The notes below the pieces were generated by a model, which saw only the letters and a program-made list of their open reading frames with translations, was not told the origin of the DNA and did not search any database. This document shows positions 40,922-49,721 of a stretch of DNA of 64,000 nucleotides, one piece after another. The translations under genes and the position numbers were made by a program. This DNA is from an uncultured Candidatus Saccharibacteria bacterium (GTDB lineage: Bacteria > Patescibacteriota > Doudnabacteria > UBA920): NCBI GenBank assembly GCA_964612745.1, contig CAZTCH010000007.1:1327-65326 (forward strand), written 5' to 3'. Positions within the stretch are counted from its first letter, which is position 1. Each line of letters starts with the position of its first letter.

Positions 40922-41080
40922 CTAAGCGGCTGGAGTTGGTTCAACTTCTTCGCCTTCTTTTTCTTCTTCTTTGATTTCTTCTGTTGGCTCTACTGGAGCT
41001 TCCATTGCTGGCATTTCTGCTGCTGCAGGAGCATCCATTACTGGAGCTGTAGGAGTTGCTGGTACTTCTTCTGGGTTCAT
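40922..41080 (-). CDS. 52-aa acidic Pro/Ala/Glu-rich small protein (below the ORF-track cutoff)
   Basis: MNPEEVPATPTAPVMDAPAAAEMPAMEAPVEPTEEIKEEEKEGEEVEPTPAA; SD AAGGAG upstream; shares a terminator with tyrS. Confidence 0.7.
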   Translation of the reverse strand: MNPEEVPATPTAPVMDAPAAAEMPAMEAPVEPTEEIKEEEKEGEEVEPTPAA

Positions 41081-41199
41081 AATCTTCTCCTTGTTCTCAC
41101 TTTTTACAGCGAGAAAAGTTACTTGTATGTATAAACAATTGCTTGTCTTGGAGCAAGTGTACCAGCTATTGGTTGTTTTGTCCAGTCGGTGGGGCGTTT

Positions 41200-41325
41200 A
41201 GACATGTAAACATATAAGCATGTGAACATGTAAACATTAAAACATAAAACATTAGAACATTGAAACATGTAAACATTCAAACATTAGAACATAGAAACAG
41301 TAAAACATGGAATCATTAAAACACG
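41200..41325. repeat. Degenerate 8-mer (AAACATNN) tandem tract
   Basis: About 15 units; the same motif recurs in both orientations at 41843-41916. Confidence 0.85.
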
Positions 41326-41359
41326 GATGGGGGAAGAGTGATGCTTGTGAATGGGTTGG

Positions 41360-41845
41360 TTACTTTGTGTGGGGTTTGTGATGGAGAGCACAGCAGAGTG
41401 CAATGGCGAGCGCGTCCGCGGCGTCGTCTGGTTTTGGAATGGTGTCCAGAGTAAACGTGTGCTTGACCATGAATTGCATTTGTTTTTTGTCTGCTTGGCC
41501 GTTACCCGTGAGCGTACTTTTTACTTGTAGAGGGGTATATTCGTAAATTGGTACGTGGTGTGCAGCTAGAGTTTGCAGTATAACTCCTCTGGCTTGTGCA
41601 ACGTTGATTGCAGTTTTTACGTTGGTTTCAAAGAATAGTTTCTCTACTCCTGCAGCAGCTGGCTTATGTGTGCTGAGTAACTGCGAGAGGTCTTGTGCGA
41701 GTATATGCAGTCGTTCGGCATCGGTGAGTGATTTGTCCGTGGTAACAACGCCAAAATCAACAGCTTTCCAGCCGCCTTTACCGTCTTTTTGAATTACCCC
41801 AAAGCCTGTCGTGGCGGTCCCAGGGTCGATACCGAGTATAATCAT
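41360..41845 (-). CDS. ruvC: Crossover junction endodeoxyribonuclease RuvC
   Basis: ILGIDPG, VEKLFF, QARGV, EYTPLQVK, DDAADALAIA. Confidence 0.96.
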   Translation of the reverse strand: MIILGIDPGTATTGFGVIQKDGKGGWKAVDFGVVTTDKSLTDAERLHILAQDLSQLLSTHKPAAAGVEKLFFETNVKTAINVAQARGVILQTLAAHHVPIYEYTPLQVKSTLTGNGQADKKQMQFMVKHTFTLDTIPKPDDAADALAIALCCALHHKPHTK

Positions 41846-41925
41846 GTAAGCATTAAAACATAGAAACATATAAACACAAAACCTTTTGCTTACATGTTTC
41901 TATGTTTATATGTTCAAGTTTTGCC

Positions 41926-42657
41926 TTAGAGCTGGGCGGAGGTGTATATAGCGACGACGTCTTCGTTGTCTTCTAATTCTTCGTATATAGCTTCTACTTC
42001 AGCTTGTTGTTCAGGGGTAAGGGCTACTGGTTGCGTGGCAAGTTTTGCGGTGTGTGCTTGTGCTACTATTGCGCCTGCTTGTTCTAGTGCGTTCTTTACT
42101 TGCTCTAACGTACTAGGATTTGTTTGCACTTCCAACCCCTCTTCTGTCTCCACGACATCTTCTGCTCCAGCGTCTATTGCCACCAGTTCCAGCGTCGATA
42201 ACTCTATTTTCTGACCTCTGTTTTCTGTCCTCTCTATTAATATCTGTCCTCTATCGCTAAACTGCCATGCGACGCTTCCCATTGCTCCAAGGCTGCCTCC
42301 GTGCTTACTTAAGGTGTGCTTAATAGTTTGCACAGCGCGGTTGGTGTTGTCGGTTGCTACTTCTACCATGAAGGCTGTGCCAAAAGGTCCGTATCCTTCG
42401 TAGAGTGCTTCTGTGAGGCTTGCGCTATTTTTGTCCGATGCTTTTTTGATTGCTCGCTCTATGTTGTCATTTGGCATGCCTTCTGCTCGTGCGTTGTCTA
42501 CTTCTGTTCTGAGTTGGAAATTGAGCGCGGGGTCAGGAGTACCATTTTTTGCGGCAATGGTAATCTTTTTGGATAACTTCGAAAACAGGACGCCTCGTTT
42601 TGCATCTTTGGCTCCTTTACTGCGTTTGATTTGTGACCATTTGCTGTGTCCGGACAT
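41926..42657 (-). CDS. yebC: YebC/PmpR family protein
   Basis: MSGHSKW, YEGYGPFG, TDNTNR, LEDNEDV. Confidence 0.95.
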   Translation of the reverse strand: MSGHSKWSQIKRSKGAKDAKRGVLFSKLSKKITIAAKNGTPDPALNFQLRTEVDNARAEGMPNDNIERAIKKASDKNSASLTEALYEGYGPFGTAFMVEVATDNTNRAVQTIKHTLSKHGGSLGAMGSVAWQFSDRGQILIERTENRGQKIELSTLELVAIDAGAEDVVETEEGLEVQTNPSTLEQVKNALEQAGAIVAQAHTAKLATQPVALTPEQQAEVEAIYEELEDNEDVVAIYTSAQL

Positions 42658-42729
42658 ACAATGAATGCGAATGAGTGAATGCTGATTGCAGAAGTATAAT
42701 ACTGTAGAACAAAAATAGTGCCAAGCAGC

Positions 42730-43536
42730 TTACTTTTGGTGCTTTGTGGTTTTGTCCCACTGTGGTTCTGTGGCCTTCCAAAGTGCTTGCAGGAATTGCC
42801 GCAAGTTCTGTGCCAAGAGTGGTTCTTTAAGTTCTATTAAGTAATGTGGGTGAGTTTCAAGAGAGAGTAGGACTAAATAATTTCCATAAATCCAGATATC
42901 TGTCGTAAAGTCTATATCTGGAATAAGCAAAAATTCGCCAGTGCCTGGGCCTGTTGCCGCTGCTGTTTTGCGTACAATGGCATCATCACTAAAGAGTTTT
43001 AAGGTAAGGTTCTCGCTTCTGGGTTGTTGCCAGTACCAAGAGATCCATTCTTTGTAGCCTGTTTCAAACTGGGCAGATTCAAACCCCCAGACAGTGGAGC
43101 CGAACTGGTGCGCACTTTCCATCCATTTATCTGCTCGTTTGTATAAAAAATCTAGTATTCTTTCTTCTTCTATGTAGGTAAGTCTGGGTTCTGTCTGTGT
43201 CTTTTGGGGGATTATTTTATCCAGCTCGTATACTGCGCGTTTTGCCAGTTCCAATTTTTTTACCACACTTGCTTGTTCTTTCTCGAGCTGTGCTATAAGC
43301 GCTTCTGGGGGTTTAGCAAGTAATTGTGTTACAGGCGTTCCAAGATCTTCTACGAGTAACTCTTGCTTTATGAGTTGCTTTGCGACTGCATAGCATGTGG
43401 TGCGGTTGAGTTTTGTGAGTTCCGCCACTTTGTTGTAGCTAATCGGATTGTGGTGCAAAACAGTTAAATACACTACTGTTTCATTTCGGCTCAGTCCTAT
43501 TTCTGCAAGGAGGCTATGCAGTAACTCATTTGTCAT
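42730..43536 (-). CDS. TrmB-family transcriptional regulator (second copy)
   Basis: IGLSRNETVVYL, TKLNRTTCYAVAKQL wHTH, DIWIYGN C-terminal domain. Confidence 0.85.
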   Translation of the reverse strand: MTNELLHSLLAEIGLSRNETVVYLTVLHHNPISYNKVAELTKLNRTTCYAVAKQLIKQELLVEDLGTPVTQLLAKPPEALIAQLEKEQASVVKKLELAKRAVYELDKIIPQKTQTEPRLTYIEEERILDFLYKRADKWMESAHQFGSTVWGFESAQFETGYKEWISWYWQQPRSENLTLKLFSDDAIVRKTAAATGPGTGEFLLIPDIDFTTDIWIYGNYLVLLSLETHPHYLIELKEPLLAQNLRQFLQALWKATEPQWDKTTKHQK

Positions 43537-43782
43537 AGTTAGTACAACAATAATAATACGCTTATTCTAGTACAGTTTACGAAATTTGTCGAAACTAGTT
43601 ATATTCAAAAATGAACAGATTAGGTATCGTGAGGGTACAAAAGTAGAACTTTCTAGTGACTCTTTTTCGAGCACCTGATGCATGGGGTGCTCAAAACAGG
43701 GGAAAGAAAGCGAGAAGTCCAAGGGTTAGCCATTCTGGCCAGACCGCTCGCTTTGCACCTGAGAAAAACCACAGGAGGTTCT

Positions 43783-44535
43783 ATGAACAAAGTATTCAGT
43801 ATAGGTGTGTTGGTTGCATTGTTTGTACTGCCAGTTTTTGCCCAAGAAACGGCGTCGTGGGATACTTCGGTCCACGGTTATGTCTGGGTTGGGTCACGGT
43901 ATTGGGGTGGAATCGCCAATGCCGAGTTTGACTCAAGGCCGGTCGCACAGGGTGGGGTAAATGTGGTGCTCCAGAAACGAGGAACCCAAGTTGTTTTGAA
44001 AACTTGGTTTTCCGGAAGCACTGCAAGAAACGCTGCTGGTGAGCGGTTCACAGGAAACGCACAAGAGTTTGATCTTGGCGTTGACTTGGTCCAGAAACTG
44101 GGACACGGATGGGCTGCTAAGGTGGGTTATTCGCACTTCTTTATTACTAAGAGTGCGGGTAGCGATGTTGAGATGTTGGTTGTAACTATTACAAAAGACG
44201 TAGTAGTAACAGAACGGCATCAAATTACAACAGGTATGGAGTTTTACGACTTCGTACCTACTCACAAAACTGGTCCGGCTGGTGGGCAGTTCTACTTGCC
44301 GAACATTGCGTATAGCTTTGTTCTTGGTAAAGTTGTGCTGAACACAGGCGCTGCAGTAGCGTTTAACTCGAATGGGGCGTTCGGACTCAGGTCTGAACGA
44401 ACTGTGAGGGTAACGGCGCAGCTGCTATGGAAACTGCCAAAAGGGAGTACGGGGCCAGACGTAACATACGGAGGCTCCTTCAATAGCAAGCAACGACCAA
44501 TGCGCACCACCGTCGGGTGGTCGTGGATATTTTAG
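43783..44535 (+). CDS. Secreted outer-membrane beta-barrel-like protein (resembles TorF/Gcw_chp porins)
   Basis: SD CAGGAGG, signal peptide VFA-Q, SRY...PVAQGG...W.S...EFDL pattern, C-terminal TTVGWSWIF with terminal Phe. Confidence 0.65.
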   Translation: MNKVFSIGVLVALFVLPVFAQETASWDTSVHGYVWVGSRYWGGIANAEFDSRPVAQGGVNVVLQKRGTQVVLKTWFSGSTARNAAGERFTGNAQEFDLGVDLVQKLGHGWAAKVGYSHFFITKSAGSDVEMLVVTITKDVVVTERHQITTGMEFYDFVPTHKTGPAGGQFYLPNIAYSFVLGKVVLNTGAAVAFNSNGAFGLRSERTVRVTAQLLWKLPKGSTGPDVTYGGSFNSKQRPMRTTVGWSWIF

Positions 44536-44581
44536 TGCTCTGCACAAACGCCCAGAAGCTTTTGCTTTCTGGGCGTTCTTT

Positions 44582-45001
44582 TTATTCTTCTTCTAAGATT
44601 CTGAAAAAGAATTCGGATATCCTATCTGCATTTTTCATATTTTTATTGCAGTGTTCGTATTTAGAGCACATCCATGTGCCTCTAGACCTGTATTCAATTC
44701 CTTTTGGTCGTTTCTTGGTTTCGCAAGAAACAAAGAATACGTCACTTTGCTTTCTATGCTTGTGGCAAAATTCGCAGAACCCAAGCCGGAGTGCGCCAAT
44801 GGGTGGTTGTACTACTTCTAAGCGCAAACCAGAAAGGGAGTTTTTGTATTCAAATAGTACAAATAAGCACATCTCAGATTGGTCCAGCCAGCTAAAGTAT
44901 GTTAAATCTGAAAAGGCCACTTCTTCTAGTCGCGCTGGAAGACGTAGGTGTTTTACTTTTTTGAATAATGTTCGAATCTGTTCACGTGTGACTTGTTTCA
45001 T
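44582..45001 (-). CDS. FBP (EF-G-binding/FusB-like) C-terminal treble-clef zinc-finger protein
   Basis: LTYFSWLD, CEFCH, GTWMC...C. Confidence 0.75.
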   Translation of the reverse strand: MKQVTREQIRTLFKKVKHLRLPARLEEVAFSDLTYFSWLDQSEMCLFVLFEYKNSLSGLRLEVVQPPIGALRLGFCEFCHKHRKQSDVFFVSCETKKRPKGIEYRSRGTWMCSKYEHCNKNMKNADRISEFFFRILEEE

Positions 45002-45663
45002 TTAAACGATATGAGTAGAACTATTTCACCTTTTATGCTTGTGCGGTTTGCTAAAATTTGTGCGACTTCGACTGCGCTACCGCGAATGTATTCCTCGTGG
45101 AGTTTTGTAATTTCTCGAGCCACTACTACTTTGGCGGTGGGGAAGTACTTGGCGATTACTTGTGCTGACTTTACGATGCGTTGTGGGGATTCGTAAATAA
45201 TGAGTGTGCTGCTAGTTTGCTCTGCGTCTTTCAGTGCAGCGAGTAATTTTGGTTCTGTTTTGGGTAGGAAGCCTACAAACAAAAAGCGGTCGCTGGGGAG
45301 GCCTGAACCAGCCAGTGCTGTTGTAACAGCGCTTGGTCCAGGGATGCTCTCTACGGAGAGTTGTGCTTCTGTGCATGCGCGCACTAGTTTGAACCCAGGG
45401 TCAGAAATAGCAGGAGTTCCGGCGTCGCTCACAAGGGCGGCATTGTGTGTCTGGAGCTTGGCGAGAATTTTTGGAATAGCAATTGCTTCATTATGGTCTG
45501 CGAGCTGTACGAGCTCCTTTTTAGGTATTCCTAAATGTTTTAAAAGCGTACCGGTATGTAAAGGGTTTTCGGCAATAATAAAATCTACCTCGGTTAGGGT
45601 ACGAATGGCCCTGAGAGTAATATCTTCGAGGTTGCCAATGGGGGTTGGGACGATTGTGAGCAT
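44998..45663 (-). CDS. rsmI: 16S rRNA C1402 2'-O-methyltransferase RsmI
   Basis: PTPIGNLEDIT, VSDAGTPAISDPG, IPGPSA, YESPQR, REITKLHEE. Confidence 0.96.
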   Translation of the reverse strand: MLTIVPTPIGNLEDITLRAIRTLTEVDFIIAENPLHTGTLLKHLGIPKKELVQLADHNEAIAIPKILAKLQTHNAALVSDAGTPAISDPGFKLVRACTEAQLSVESIPGPSAVTTALAGSGLPSDRFLFVGFLPKTEPKLLAALKDAEQTSSTLIIYESPQRIVKSAQVIAKYFPTAKVVVAREITKLHEEYIRGSAVEVAQILANRTSIKGEIVLLISFK

Positions 45664-45774
45664 GACTATAGTATACGTATTTCACAATTTTTCGTATAGT
45701 TGCCCAATGGGCTTTGCTTCGGTATAATTGCTCTACGGGCGAAGCGTTTAGTGCTTCTTTGCCCACCTTAGCGC

Positions 45775-45851
45775 GGGCGTGTAGCTCAGCTGGTTAGAGC
45801 ACGAAGCTTATACCTTCGGGGTCCATGGTTCGAATCCATGCACGCCCACCA
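45775..45851 (+). tRNA. tRNA-Ile(UAU)
   Basis: Acceptor GGGCGTG/CACGCCC, anticodon arm CGAAG-CT TAT AC-CTTCG, GTTCGAATC T-loop, encoded CCA. Confidence 0.92.
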
Positions 45852-45965
45852 TAAAATAGACCACAGGTGTGGTCTATTTTATTGCCAGAAATAAATTACA
45901 TTTGTATTCTCCTTTACAAAAAACCACCAGATTGCTCTGGTGGTTTTTTGTAAAGTTTGTACTTT

Positions 45966-48431
45966 CTATATTATTGTAGCGCTGGCAACTGAGTCATTTG
46001 CATCTAGTTTCATCACTCGTACGCCTTGCGTGGCTCTACCAAGGGTGGAGATGGCGTTCAGTGGTGTGCGAATGGTTTGCCCTTGGCGGGAGATGATCAC
46101 TAAGTCATGCTCTTCTTTTGTACTCAAGATATACATAGCCATGATTTTTCCGGTCTTTGGGGTAATCTTCACTGTTTTGATTCCACTGCCTGCTCGCTTT
46201 TGAATCTTGTAGTCTTTGAGCGGGCTCTTTTTACCCATACCGTTTTCGGTAATAACTAAGACTTCAAGGTCTTTGACTTCAACGTCTTTGCGGATGATGT
46301 CCATGGAGATAATGTCGTCATCCTTTTTTATACGCATACCGGTGACCCCTGCAGCGGTGCGTCCCATTGGGCGAACATCTTTTTCGTTAAAGCGAATTGC
46401 TTGGCCATTTTCTGTGGAAAGCATGACCTCATCTGCGCCACTGGTGGTTTCTACCCATTTGAGTTCATCGCCATCTTTGATGCCGATAGCAATCATGCCG
46501 CTGCGCCTTACTTTGGCAAATTCTTCTCGGGCTACTTTTTTAATGAGCCCTTTCTTTGTTGCCATGACCAAGAATTTTACGGTGTCTTTCTTGGAGAAGG
46601 TGAGAATGGCCGTGGTGGTTTCACCTTGGCCGAGTTGTAGGAAGTTTACGAGTGCTTGACCCTTACTTGTTCTAGAGCCTTCGGGGAGTTCGTAGACTTT
46701 TGTTTGGAAGACGCGACCCTTGTTGGTAAAGAATAAGATATCATCGTGCGTATTTGCACTAATCATTTTCTCTACAACATCTTCTTCTTTCAGGGATTGT
46801 CCGATAACTCCTTTACCACCACGAGACTGTTGTTTGTAGGTGTCGGGGAGGAGGCGTTTTACGTAACCAGATTTTGTTACGGTCACAATCATCTGGTTTT
46901 CCGGTATAAGGTCTTCTGCAACAAAGGTGCCTACAGCGGAAGGGACGATTTGAGTTCTGCGCTCGTCTCCGTACTTGTCACGCATTTCCTCTGTTTCTGT
47001 TCTAACGATCCCCAGAATCTTTTTTGGATGAGCTAGTAAATCTTCCAGTCTTGCTATGAGTTTGAGCTTTTCTTCCAGTTCGTCTTCTATTTTCTTTCGC
47101 TCTAATCCAGCTAAGGTTTGCAAACGCATTTCTAAAATTGCAGTTGTTTGCAAATCAGAAAGCTTGAACTTCTTCATTAAGGCTGCGTGCGCATCTTCTT
47201 TAGTTGGGCTTTTCTTAATCACAGCGATTATTTCGTCGATGTGGTCAAGCGCTATTTTCAACCCTTCTAAAATGTGCGCTCGTTCTTTGGCTTTCTTGAG
47301 TTCGTATTCGGTGCGCCTGCGTACGACAATCTGCCGGTGAGTAATAAACTCCTCGAGCATGGATTTTAGGTTGAGCAGGTTTGGCTCGAGTCCGCCAACA
47401 AGCGAGATGGTGTTTAGATGGAATGTATCTTGGAGTTGGGTAAAGCTGTAGAGTTGGTTTAAGATCTTGTTCGGTAGGGATTCGCGCTTGAGATCTACGA
47501 CAATACGGACTTTGTCGGAGGATTCATCACGGACATCTTTAATACCTTCGAGGCGTTTGTCGCGCACAAGGTCTGCAATCTTTTCGAGCAGCGTCGCTTT
47601 GTTTACGCGGTAAGGGATTTCGGTAATGATGATGCGGAACGCGCCACTTTTCGTTTCTTCTATTTCTGCTTTGCCTCGGACCACGATACCACCACGTCCA
47701 GTAGCGTAGGCGTTCTTAATAGCGGTGCGGTCGTAGATAATGCCACCAGTAGGGAAGTCTGGGCCTTTGATGATATCAGTGAGCTCTTCTATGGTGGTGT
47801 CAGGGTGATCAATAAGTTGGATTACACCATTGGTTACTTCGGTCAGGTTGTGAGGCGGTATATCTGTTGCCATACCAACCGCAATACCAAGAGTGCCATT
47901 GAGGAGCAGTTGTGGCAGTTTCCCTGGGAGTACTGTTGGTTCTTTTTCGGTCGCGTCGAAGTTATCTCGCCAGTCCACTGTTTCTTTTTCTATGTCTACC
48001 AGTAACTCTTCTGCGATTGCCGTCATTTTTGCTTCGGTGTATCGGTATGCAGCAGCACCGTCGCCATCCATGGAACCAAAGTTACCTTGCCCTTTCACGA
48101 GAGGATAGCGCATGGCAAAATCTTGTGCCATGTGTACCATGGCGTCGTATACGGCGGAGTCACCGTGAGGGTGGTATTTACCCAAAACTTCTCCAACAAT
48201 TTTTGCTGATTTGGTTGTTTTTGCAGAAGCTCTGAGTCCCATTTTTTGCAGGGCGTAGAGTATGCGTCTGTTTACTGGCTTTAAGCCATCTCGTACGTCA
48301 GGTAATGCACGCATGACAATAACAGACATGGCATAGTCAAGGTAAGAGCCTTGCATTTCTGCTTCAATGGTCCGTGGTCTGATTATGCCTACGTTGTCAC
48401 TCAGTGGTTTGTCGGAATCAATGTTTGCCAT
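45966..48431 (-). CDS. gyrA: DNA gyrase subunit A
   Basis: [26 protein letters not shown], GyrA-box QSRGGKG. Confidence 0.97.
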   Translation of the reverse strand: MANIDSDKPLSDNVGIIRPRTIEAEMQGSYLDYAMSVIVMRALPDVRDGLKPVNRRILYALQKMGLRASAKTTKSAKIVGEVLGKYHPHGDSAVYDAMVHMAQDFAMRYPLVKGQGNFGSMDGDGAAAYRYTEAKMTAIAEELLVDIEKETVDWRDNFDATEKEPTVLPGKLPQLLLNGTLGIAVGMATDIPPHNLTEVTNGVIQLIDHPDTTIEELTDIIKGPDFPTGGIIYDRTAIKNAYATGRGGIVVRGKAEIEETKSGAFRIIITEIPYRVNKATLLEKIADLVRDKRLEGIKDVRDESSDKVRIVVDLKRESLPNKILNQLYSFTQLQDTFHLNTISLVGGLEPNLLNLKSMLEEFITHRQIVVRRRTEYELKKAKERAHILEGLKIALDHIDEIIAVIKKSPTKEDAHAALMKKFKLSDLQTTAILEMRLQTLAGLERKKIEDELEEKLKLIARLEDLLAHPKKILGIVRTETEEMRDKYGDERRTQIVPSAVGTFVAEDLIPENQMIVTVTKSGYVKRLLPDTYKQQSRGGKGVIGQSLKEEDVVEKMISANTHDDILFFTNKGRVFQTKVYELPEGSRTSKGQALVNFLQLGQGETTTAILTFSKKDTVKFLVMATKKGLIKKVAREEFAKVRRSGMIAIGIKDGDELKWVETTSGADEVMLSTENGQAIRFNEKDVRPMGRTAAGVTGMRIKKDDDIISMDIIRKDVEVKDLEVLVITENGMGKKSPLKDYKIQKRAGSGIKTVKITPKTGKIMAMYILSTKEEHDLVIISRQGQTIRTPLNAISTLGRATQGVRVMKLDANDSVASATII

Positions 48432-48460
48432 ACATTCTATTGTTTCTGTCTAAAGGAAGA

Positions 48461-48658
48461 TTATCTTGGAAAATCTGCTTTTGCTTTATTTATTTTATCT
48501 TTAATGTCGGTAAAGAAAGCGGCGGGTCGTTTTGGGTGTCTGGGGATTTGACTCGTTACTATCCATAAGAGCGATAGTATTACCAGCGCACCGATGATAA
48601 TTGCCCAGAGTAAGCGTTGGCGTTTATGCTCGGGCATTCGCTGTACATTTTCTAACAT
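48461..48658 (-). CDS. Small single-TM hypothetical protein
   Basis: Co-directional with neighbours, one TM. Confidence 0.55.
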   Translation of the reverse strand: MLENVQRMPEHKRQRLLWAIIIGALVILSLLWIVTSQIPRHPKRPAAFFTDIKDKINKAKADFPR

Positions 48659-48684
48659 GGTTTTTGTATTGGAGCGTGTGTTTC

Positions 48685-49308
48685 TTACGCGCTAATAATA
48701 ATTACTTTTGCTGTTTCGATGTTGGCCAAATCTTTCTTCTTGAGCACTAGCTTTTCTACAGTTTCTGCTTTACCACCCATTTCTTTTACAAAGCGCTCTA
48801 GTGGTTCTAGCTGCAATGTCACTCCTTCTTGCTGGTAGTGGCTTGGTATAACGATTTTAGGGTCAATCTGGTTTACGAGCTTTGCTGCGGTGGTCGCTGC
48901 GAGTACTCTTTCCCCACCAACAGGGAGTATGAGAACATCGATTTCTCCGAGTGCTTCGAGCTCATCTTCCTTCATGGTGAAGTCCTTGATGTGTGTAAGG
49001 TTTAAAATTTTTAAATCTTCACTTTCAATTAGGTATACAGTCACAAAGCCACCATCTTGTTTTATAGGGATACCGGTTACGGTAACACCTTTGATGTCGT
49101 ACTCTCCAGGGTTTGGAATGATGAATGGTTCACCAGAGAGTGATTGGTATGCGTTGTACAGCTTGTTCTGTTCGTCGGCAAGGATAACGATGTCGGCGTT
49201 GCCTCGTGGAGGAGTGAGTCCAGAATCTTTTCCGGTTGGGTCAGTAACTACTACTGCATCCTTTGTTGTGAATTTAAAGCTAGATAAGCCTAAGTATTGG
49301 ATATGCAT
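48685..49308 (-). CDS. MBL-fold (Lactamase_B_3-like) protein
   Basis: YLGLSSF, VVTDP, PGEYDIKGV, IDVLILPVGG, PKIVIPSHY. Confidence 0.85.
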   Translation of the reverse strand: MHIQYLGLSSFKFTTKDAVVVTDPTGKDSGLTPPRGNADIVILADEQNKLYNAYQSLSGEPFIIPNPGEYDIKGVTVTGIPIKQDGGFVTVYLIESEDLKILNLTHIKDFTMKEDELEALGEIDVLILPVGGERVLAATTAAKLVNQIDPKIVIPSHYQQEGVTLQLEPLERFVKEMGGKAETVEKLVLKKKDLANIETAKVIIISA

Positions 49309-49721
49309 ATGTTGTGTAACAAAATTCTCATTATGTAGTACAGGACTGGTATGTGTACCAGTGGGTTGGCAGTAGAAAGTAGACTCTTTCTAGAGAAAAT
49401 GGCTGTGTGTATAGCTCTGTGGCACAGTCCAAATATGGGTTAATTTTAGCATTTTTTGACCCCTTTCGTAAAACTAATGGGGCTTGCTTTTTTCGTTGGA
49501 TTTGCCTATAATATTGGAACTTACATGGTTTGGTGCTCGCTACTGCCACTTTGAAATAAGGGGCAAAAACTTAATTTTTAATCCCTGTGTAAGTGTTCTC
49601 AGTAGCACCAAAAGAATATTAACCAACTATGAAACACACTTTGTAACTCTCCAGGCAGTTTGTGCGTGGTTTTTTATTTGCCAACGCAGGAGTAAACAAG
49701 TGTATTTTGTAGAATAAATTT

